From contig JAOAKO010000002.1 of the NCBI GenBank assembly GCA_026413625.1, positions 6,623 through 70,622 on the forward strand: a stretch of 64,000 nucleotides of DNA. Reading direction: 5' to 3'. Both the position numbers and the translations under genes were made by a program. The notes beneath the pieces were generated by a model. That model searched no databases. It saw only the letters and a list, made by a program, of their open reading frames with translations, and was not told where the DNA came from. This document shows, piece by piece, positions 58,999-64,000 of the stretch (position 1 is its first letter; every line of letters starts with the position of its first letter). Source of the DNA: Candidatus Micrarchaeota archaeon. GTDB taxonomy: Archaea > Micrarchaeota > Micrarchaeia > CABMEP01.

Positions 58999-59769
58999 TC
59001 ATATTTTTATCTGCGTTCCGTCCAGCAGAAAAACCTCAATTTCGTTTATTTTCATAATTCTATCCTTCAACAAAGGGCCCAGGAATTTTTCCTTTTCGTT
59101 TATCGGGGAGCCAGTTATCAAAGGATTGAAAACTGGAAGGATGATAACAGAAATGTCCTTATTAATATTGGGATATTGGGTTTTTAATTCTTTTGAATCC
59201 AGAGTTCCTTTTACCCATGCCTTCTGCTTTGTCTTGTATCCGAATTGGTCCTTAAATATCACTGCAGGGTGGGAATGAGCCACGATTAGGGTGTCAATGG
59301 CTTCCATCATCTCTTTCGAAGGCCATTTGTGGCTGTGGACTATCCCTATATTTTCTATGGTGATCTCTTCTGCGGTTTCAAAGTAGCTCTTTAGGCCCCC
59401 GTCGTGGTTTCCAGGTATAATCCTAACATCGGCATGCTTTTTAAGCCTGAAAAGGATCTCGGGAATCTCAATTGAGATTCTGTGCTCAACCTCCTCTTCC
59501 TCACTCAGCTGCTGCCAATATTCTTTTTCTTTCGGTAATTTATGCCTTATGTCTCCGACAAGCACAACGCTCCCAGATTTTGTTTCCTCTATAAGCTTTA
59601 TTATTTTTTCAACAAGGTCATTTATTGCTTTTTTTGCGATCTTTTCAGTCCCTAACTGCGCTTCGATTCCGATGTGCAGATCTCCGATGACCAATGTTTT
59701 TTCCTTTTTGCTTTCGATTATAAGGGCAGGCTCATTCGCAATAATCTTGATTTTAGCCATACTAAACAT
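58999..59769 (-). CDS. calcineurin-like metallophosphoesterase (COG1407-like)
   Basis: Motifs GDLHIG, VLVGDIRH, GNHD, and SHPAV. The start could be the Met 3 codons downstream. Confidence 0.65.
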   Translation of the reverse strand: MFSMAKIKIIANEPALIIESKKEKTLVIGDLHIGIEAQLGTEKIAKKAINDLVEKIIKLIEETKSGSVVLVGDIRHKLPKEKEYWQQLSEEEEVEHRISIEIPEILFRLKKHADVRIIPGNHDGGLKSYFETAEEITIENIGIVHSHKWPSKEMMEAIDTLIVAHSHPAVIFKDQFGYKTKQKAWVKGTLDSKELKTQYPNINKDISVIILPVFNPLITGSPINEKEKFLGPLLKDRIMKINEIEVFLLDGTQIKI

Positions 59770-59810
59770 AAATGAAAAAACTATTTATTCCTTTATATTG
59801 AATAGATTGC

Positions 59811-60455
59811 ATGAAATCAAGGAAAACAGTTCTAAAAATCATAAGCCTGCTTAAGAAAGAGTATCCTGATGAATTCAACGGCTCAAACATAAGCGAAGAG
59901 CCGTTTAAGGTTTTGATAGGAACAGTCCTTTCGCATCAAACAAGGGACGAAAGGACGATAATGGCGAGCAGAAATCTGTTTAGAAAGTTCGATACACCAG
60001 ATAGGCTTGCAAATGCAAGCGTCAAAGAGATAAGAGAATGCATTAGGGATGTAGGAATGTACAACGTTAAGGCGAAAAGGATTAAAGAAATAAGCAAGCT
60101 TTTGACGGAAAAATACGGAGGGAAAGTTCCTGAAAACTATGAAGAGATTCTTTCTCTTCCAGGGGTCGGAAGGAAAACTGCAAACATTCTTTTTACATAC
60201 GCATTCGGGAAGAAAGACTACATTGCGGTCGATACGCATGTGCACAAGGTTTCAAACAGGATCGGAATAGTAAACACCAAGACGCCAGAGAAAACAGAGC
60301 AAATGCTTTACAAGGTAATTCCGAAAAGAGAGTGGAGATACATCAATGAGCTTTTTGTCCAGCACGGCCAGAATATATGCAAGGCAAGGCCTTTGTGCGA
60401 CAGATGCGTAATTTCCAGGTACTGCGATTATTATACATCTAAAGCCAGGGCATAA
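59811..60455 (+). CDS. nth: endonuclease III (HhH-GPD DNA glycosylase with 4Fe-4S cluster)
   Basis: HhH LPGVGRKTANIL, catalytic Lys/Asp region, and C-terminal CKARPLCDRCVISRYC (Cx6Cx2Cx5C). Confidence 0.85.
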   Translation: MKSRKTVLKIISLLKKEYPDEFNGSNISEEPFKVLIGTVLSHQTRDERTIMASRNLFRKFDTPDRLANASVKEIRECIRDVGMYNVKAKRIKEISKLLTEKYGGKVPENYEEILSLPGVGRKTANILFTYAFGKKDYIAVDTHVHKVSNRIGIVNTKTPEKTEQMLYKVIPKREWRYINELFVQHGQNICKARPLCDRCVISRYCDYYTSKARA

Positions 60456-60506
60456 AATTATTAGGGTTTTTAAATTTAATCTATAAAGTATTTATAAGGT
60501 GAAATT

Positions 60507-60962
60507 ATGGCTATTAGGAAAGGTCAGGCAGCCATGGAATACCTAATGACATATGGCTGGGCAATTTTGATAGTACTTGCAATCATGGGAATACTGGTTT
60601 ACCTGGTAAGGCCGCAACAGGTTGAAACATGCCAAGTAACAACCCCGTTTCAATGCGAGCAAGACAAGTACACAATAAATTCCTCTAACTTTGTTAAGAT
60701 AAGCCTGAGAAATCTTGGCGCAGTTGCGTATAACATCAGTTCAGTCCAATGCGGAACAAAGGTAGATCCTGCAGGTGTAATAATTACGCCGGGAAGCAGC
60801 GGAGTATTAACATTTAATTGTGCAAGCTCTTCTTCAGCATTGCAGTCTCCGCAACCAGGAAAGGATACATTCAAGGACAAGCTCATAATCAAATACTATC
60901 CGGTGGGATCTCCTGAGTTTATTAAAACGCAAGAGATAGAGATCGTTGTAAGATACAGCTAA
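60507..60962 (+). CDS. archaeal type IV pilin (class III signal peptide, QxxxEY type)
   Basis: MAIRKG|QAAMEYLMTYGWAILIVLAIMGILVYL: a canonical archaeal prepilin N-terminus followed by a beta-rich domain. Confidence 0.7.
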   Translation: MAIRKGQAAMEYLMTYGWAILIVLAIMGILVYLVRPQQVETCQVTTPFQCEQDKYTINSSNFVKISLRNLGAVAYNISSVQCGTKVDPAGVIITPGSSGVLTFNCASSSSALQSPQPGKDTFKDKLIIKYYPVGSPEFIKTQEIEIVVRYS

Positions 60963-61034
60963 TCTCTTTTTTATTTTATTCTTTCATTCTTGCAAATTCA
61001 AATTGTTTAAAAACATTCTTCTCTAACTAATCTT

Positions 61035-63449
61035 ATGAAGCACGTGTACTGGTTTGAGGAATTAAATAAAGGCAATCTTCCTATTGCCGGCGGAAAGGGC
61101 GCCAATCTTGGAGAGATGTCAAATGCAGGTTTTCCGATCCCGCCAGGATTTGTGCTGTCAGCCGATTCTTACTTCCAATTCATAACCGAGCATGGAATAG
61201 ACAAATTGATAGAGAGCACTCTTTCCAGGCTCGACGTAGAGGATACGAACAAGCTTAACGAGGCGTCCAAAAAGATATCCGAGGCGATTCTCTCGTACGA
61301 AATGCCTGAAGAGATTAAAAGCCAATTGGTCCAGGCATATCTGGAATTGAAGGAAAAAACAAATGCAAAGATCGAATACGTGGCGGTAAGGAGCAGCGCA
61401 ACCGCCGAAGACGTCCCAAGCGCATCTTTTGCCGGGCAGCAGGCGTCGTTTCTCAATGTTTACGGGGAGCAGGCGTTATTGGATGCAGTAAAGAGATGCT
61501 GGGCGTCCCTGTTCACTCCAAGGGCCATATATTACAGGGTGCAGCAGGGATTCGAGCATTCCAAAGTGAAAATAGCCGTCGTCGTCCAGCATATGGTCCA
61601 GTCAGAGAAATCAGGGGTTTTCTTTACGGTTGATCCCGTGACGCAGGATCCAAACAGAATGGTAATAGAGGCGGCTTTCGGCCTTGGAGAGACTGTCGTT
61701 TCAGGAGCAGTAACGCCAGATACCTATGTAGTCGATAAGGATACGCTTGACATCGTAAGCAAACACGTGGCAAGACAGGAATGGATGCTTGTGAGGTCTG
61801 AGAATGCAAACGTAAAGGTCGGGATAAAGCAAGAATACCAAAAGGTGCAGAAGCTGAGCGACGATAAAATAGTCGAATTGGCAAAGATAGGGCGGGAGAT
61901 AGAGAAGCATTACAGGTGGCCGCAAGACATCGAGTGGGCGATTGAAGGAAATAAGATTTTCATCGTCCAGTCAAGGCCTGTCACAACTTTGAAAAAAGAA
62001 GTGAAGGAAAAATTTGTGAGAGAAATGGAAGAAAAAGAGCTCGAGCAGCCAGCAGTTCAAGGGAGTCCGACAATGGTAAAGGAGGAAAAGGTGGAGAAAA
62101 TGGAGGAGAAAACATCAGGGTCGATCATTCTTAAGGGTTTGCCCGCAAGCCCCGGCTTTGCGACGGGGAAAGTCAGAATCATATTAGACATTTCCGAGCT
62201 TCCTTCCATGCAGTCGGGAGAGATTCTGGTAACTAAGATGACAACACCGGATTTCGTTCCGGCAATGAGAAAGGCGTCGGCAATCATTACGGATGAGGGC
62301 GGATTGACCTCTCATGCTGCAATAGTAAGCAGGGAATTGGGAGTTCCTGCAGTCATAGGAACAGAAAAGGCAACCTCAGTTCTTAAGAACGGAACGCTAA
62401 TAACCGTCGATGCGATTAAGGGATTGATTTACGAAGGAAAGGTTGATTTGACAGAGACGCCTAAGCAGCCAGCCACCATTTCAGGAGAGATTCTTCCGGT
62501 AACGGCAACAAAGATTTATGTTAACCTGGCAGAGCCTGAAATTGCGGAAAAAATAGCAAAGCTTCAAGTCGACGGAGTGGGATTGCTCAGGGCTGAATTT
62601 ATGATTGCATCGATAGGGGAGCATCCTAAAAAGATGCTAAGGGAAGGAAGGGAGAAAGAATTCGTAGAAAGGCTTGCGGAGGGGATAGCAAGGATTGCTG
62701 GCGCATTCTATCCGAGGCCGGTGGTATATAGGGCGACAGACTTCAAGACAAACGAATACAGGAATCTCAGGGGCGGAGAGGAATTTGAGCCAAGAGAAGA
62801 GAATCCAATGATAGGGTACAGGGGGGCAATGAGGTACATAAGGGAACCAGAGCTGTTCAAGATGGAGCTGAAGGCGATCAAGAAGGTAAGGGAGGAATTT
62901 CAGCTAAAGAACTTATGGCTGATGATTCCTTTTGTAAGAAGAACAGAACAGGTTGTCAAGATAAAGAAAATGCTGGAAGAAGAGGGACTGCACCAGTCAA
63001 AGGACTTTAAGCTTTGGATAATGGTAGAGGTGCCAAGCACCGTATTCATGATAGAGGAGATGTGCCAGACGGGAATAGACGGGATTTCAATCGGAAGCAA
63101 CGATCTTACCCAGCTTATTCTTGGCCTAGATAGGGACAACGCGTTTATAGCATCAGAGTTCGATGAGAGAAGCACTGCGGTCTTAAGGGCAATTCAGCAC
63201 GTCACAAAGGTATGCAGAAAGCACAACGTTACGGTCTCCATTTGCGGCCAAGCACCTTCCGTTTATCCCGAAATCGCAGAGAGGCTTGTCGAGTTCGGCG
63301 CCACAAGCATTTCGGTCAATCCGGATGCAATCGAAAGAACAAGAAAGATAGTCGCAGCGGCAGAGCAGAAAGTGCTTCTTGAAAGGACAAGAAAAATAGC
63401 GGAGAGGATGGGAATCGAGGAGGAAGAGGTTAAGCATACTAAAAGCTGA
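61035..63449 (+). CDS. ppsA: phosphoenolpyruvate synthase (pyruvate, water dikinase)
   Basis: N-terminal ATP-grasp IAGGKGANLGEMSNAGFPIPPGF, phosphohistidine domain GGLTSHAAIVSRELGVP, and a C-terminal PEP-utilising domain. 804 aa. Confidence 0.9.
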   Translation: MKHVYWFEELNKGNLPIAGGKGANLGEMSNAGFPIPPGFVLSADSYFQFITEHGIDKLIESTLSRLDVEDTNKLNEASKKISEAILSYEMPEEIKSQLVQAYLELKEKTNAKIEYVAVRSSATAEDVPSASFAGQQASFLNVYGEQALLDAVKRCWASLFTPRAIYYRVQQGFEHSKVKIAVVVQHMVQSEKSGVFFTVDPVTQDPNRMVIEAAFGLGETVVSGAVTPDTYVVDKDTLDIVSKHVARQEWMLVRSENANVKVGIKQEYQKVQKLSDDKIVELAKIGREIEKHYRWPQDIEWAIEGNKIFIVQSRPVTTLKKEVKEKFVREMEEKELEQPAVQGSPTMVKEEKVEKMEEKTSGSIILKGLPASPGFATGKVRIILDISELPSMQSGEILVTKMTTPDFVPAMRKASAIITDEGGLTSHAAIVSRELGVPAVIGTEKATSVLKNGTLITVDAIKGLIYEGKVDLTETPKQPATISGEILPVTATKIYVNLAEPEIAEKIAKLQVDGVGLLRAEFMIASIGEHPKKMLREGREKEFVERLAEGIARIAGAFYPRPVVYRATDFKTNEYRNLRGGEEFEPREENPMIGYRGAMRYIREPELFKMELKAIKKVREEFQLKNLWLMIPFVRRTEQVVKIKKMLEEEGLHQSKDFKLWIMVEVPSTVFMIEEMCQTGIDGISIGSNDLTQLILGLDRDNAFIASEFDERSTAVLRAIQHVTKVCRKHNVTVSICGQAPSVYPEIAERLVEFGATSISVNPDAIERTRKIVAAAEQKVLLERTRKIAERMGIEEEEVKHTKS

Positions 63450-63478
63450 TTCCCGATTTGTTCAGCATAAGTGATGCT

Positions 63479-64000
63479 ATGGTCATTTACGTGGGTCTCT
63501 CGGGAACAATGCTAAGCGGGAAGGGATTGATAAGGGAGATTATCAAGAAAAATTTCAAAACATATGACATTGGACTGTCAGACATGCTAAGGGAGGAGGC
63601 AGACAGGAGAGGAATTGAAAAGACAAGAGACAACCTTAGGGATTTGGCAGACGAGCTCAGATTAAAAAACGGGCCAGGAATACTTGCAGAGCTTGCAATA
63701 AAAAAATTTCAGTCTCTAGGAGACAAGGTCCTGGATTATGACGTAATAGTAATAGATTCGATAAGAAATCCCTGGGAAGCCGAGGCGCTAAGGCAGACAT
63801 TCAAGCGCTACTTCTACCTGATCTTTGTGGATGCTGACGTGAAAACAAGGTACGAAAGGGCGCTGCAAAGGAAGAGAGAGGGAGAGGAAGCAGTGGATTT
63901 TGAAGCGTTTAGGAAAAGCGACGAGATAGAATTCAAGGGAAGGGAAGACAGAAAGATCGAGGATAAGGAAAGCGAGCACGGAGGGACAATAGACTACGGA
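63479..64000 (+). CDS. P-loop nucleotide/nucleoside kinase-like protein (partial, runs off window end)
   Basis: MVIYVGLSGTMLSGKG has a Walker A-like motif with small-kinase (adenylate/dephospho-CoA kinase-like) organisation. It is absent from the ORF track because there is no stop codon inside the window. Confidence 0.45.
   Translation, partial: MVIYVGLSGTMLSGKGLIREIIKKNFKTYDIGLSDMLREEADRRGIEKTRDNLRDLADELRLKNGPGILAELAIKKFQSLGDKVLDYDVIVIDSIRNPWEAEALRQTFKRYFYLIFVDADVKTRYERALQRKREGEEAVDFEAFRKSDEIEFKGREDRKIEDKESEHGGTIDYG

Noticed and set aside
1-64000. CRISPR arrays, cas genes, transposases or integrases
   Set aside because: No direct-repeat/spacer periodicity and no recognisable Cas, IS or integrase motifs anywhere in the window. 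The only tandem DNA repeats are the coding 24 bp repeats at 53713-53811.

Overview
Compact, AT-rich genome fragment with almost no intergenic space. I infer it comes from a small-genome archaeon, possibly DPANN-like; this is not proven from one window. Supporting features: a 23S rRNA 3' end followed directly by protein genes (no 5S), archaeal class III signal-peptide pilins, aCPSF1, Pth2, eS26, a tRNA-splicing endonuclease, and a bacterial-type LeuRS. Housekeeping content: PolB, TopA, Srp54, LeuRS, PpsA, a proteasome beta subunit, MetAP2, a P-type ATPase, a PAS histidine kinase with response regulator, five tRNAs (one with an intron), and dispersed type-IV-pilus-like genes (FlaI/TadA-like ATPase, FlaJ/TadC-like platform, three pilins). 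The main unexplained content is a 12.4 kb, eight-gene plus-strand operon at 43586-55938. It encodes six tandem paralogous polytopic membrane proteins with no family name I recognise, a signal-peptide plus TM plus giant coiled-coil protein with C-terminal tandem repeats, and a large Cys-rich lipoprotein with a Pro/Thr linker. I propose it as a candidate novel envelope or cell-cell interaction apparatus. Secondary points: a response regulator with a degenerate GGDEF-like output domain, a processive (QxxRW) GT2 synthase with a membrane thioredoxin-like partner, and ORB-like inverted G-string elements flanking a 550 bp AT-rich gap that may be a replication origin. No CRISPR array, transposase or obvious defence gene was seen. 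All coordinates for RNAs and start codons are hand-derived and approximate to a few nt.
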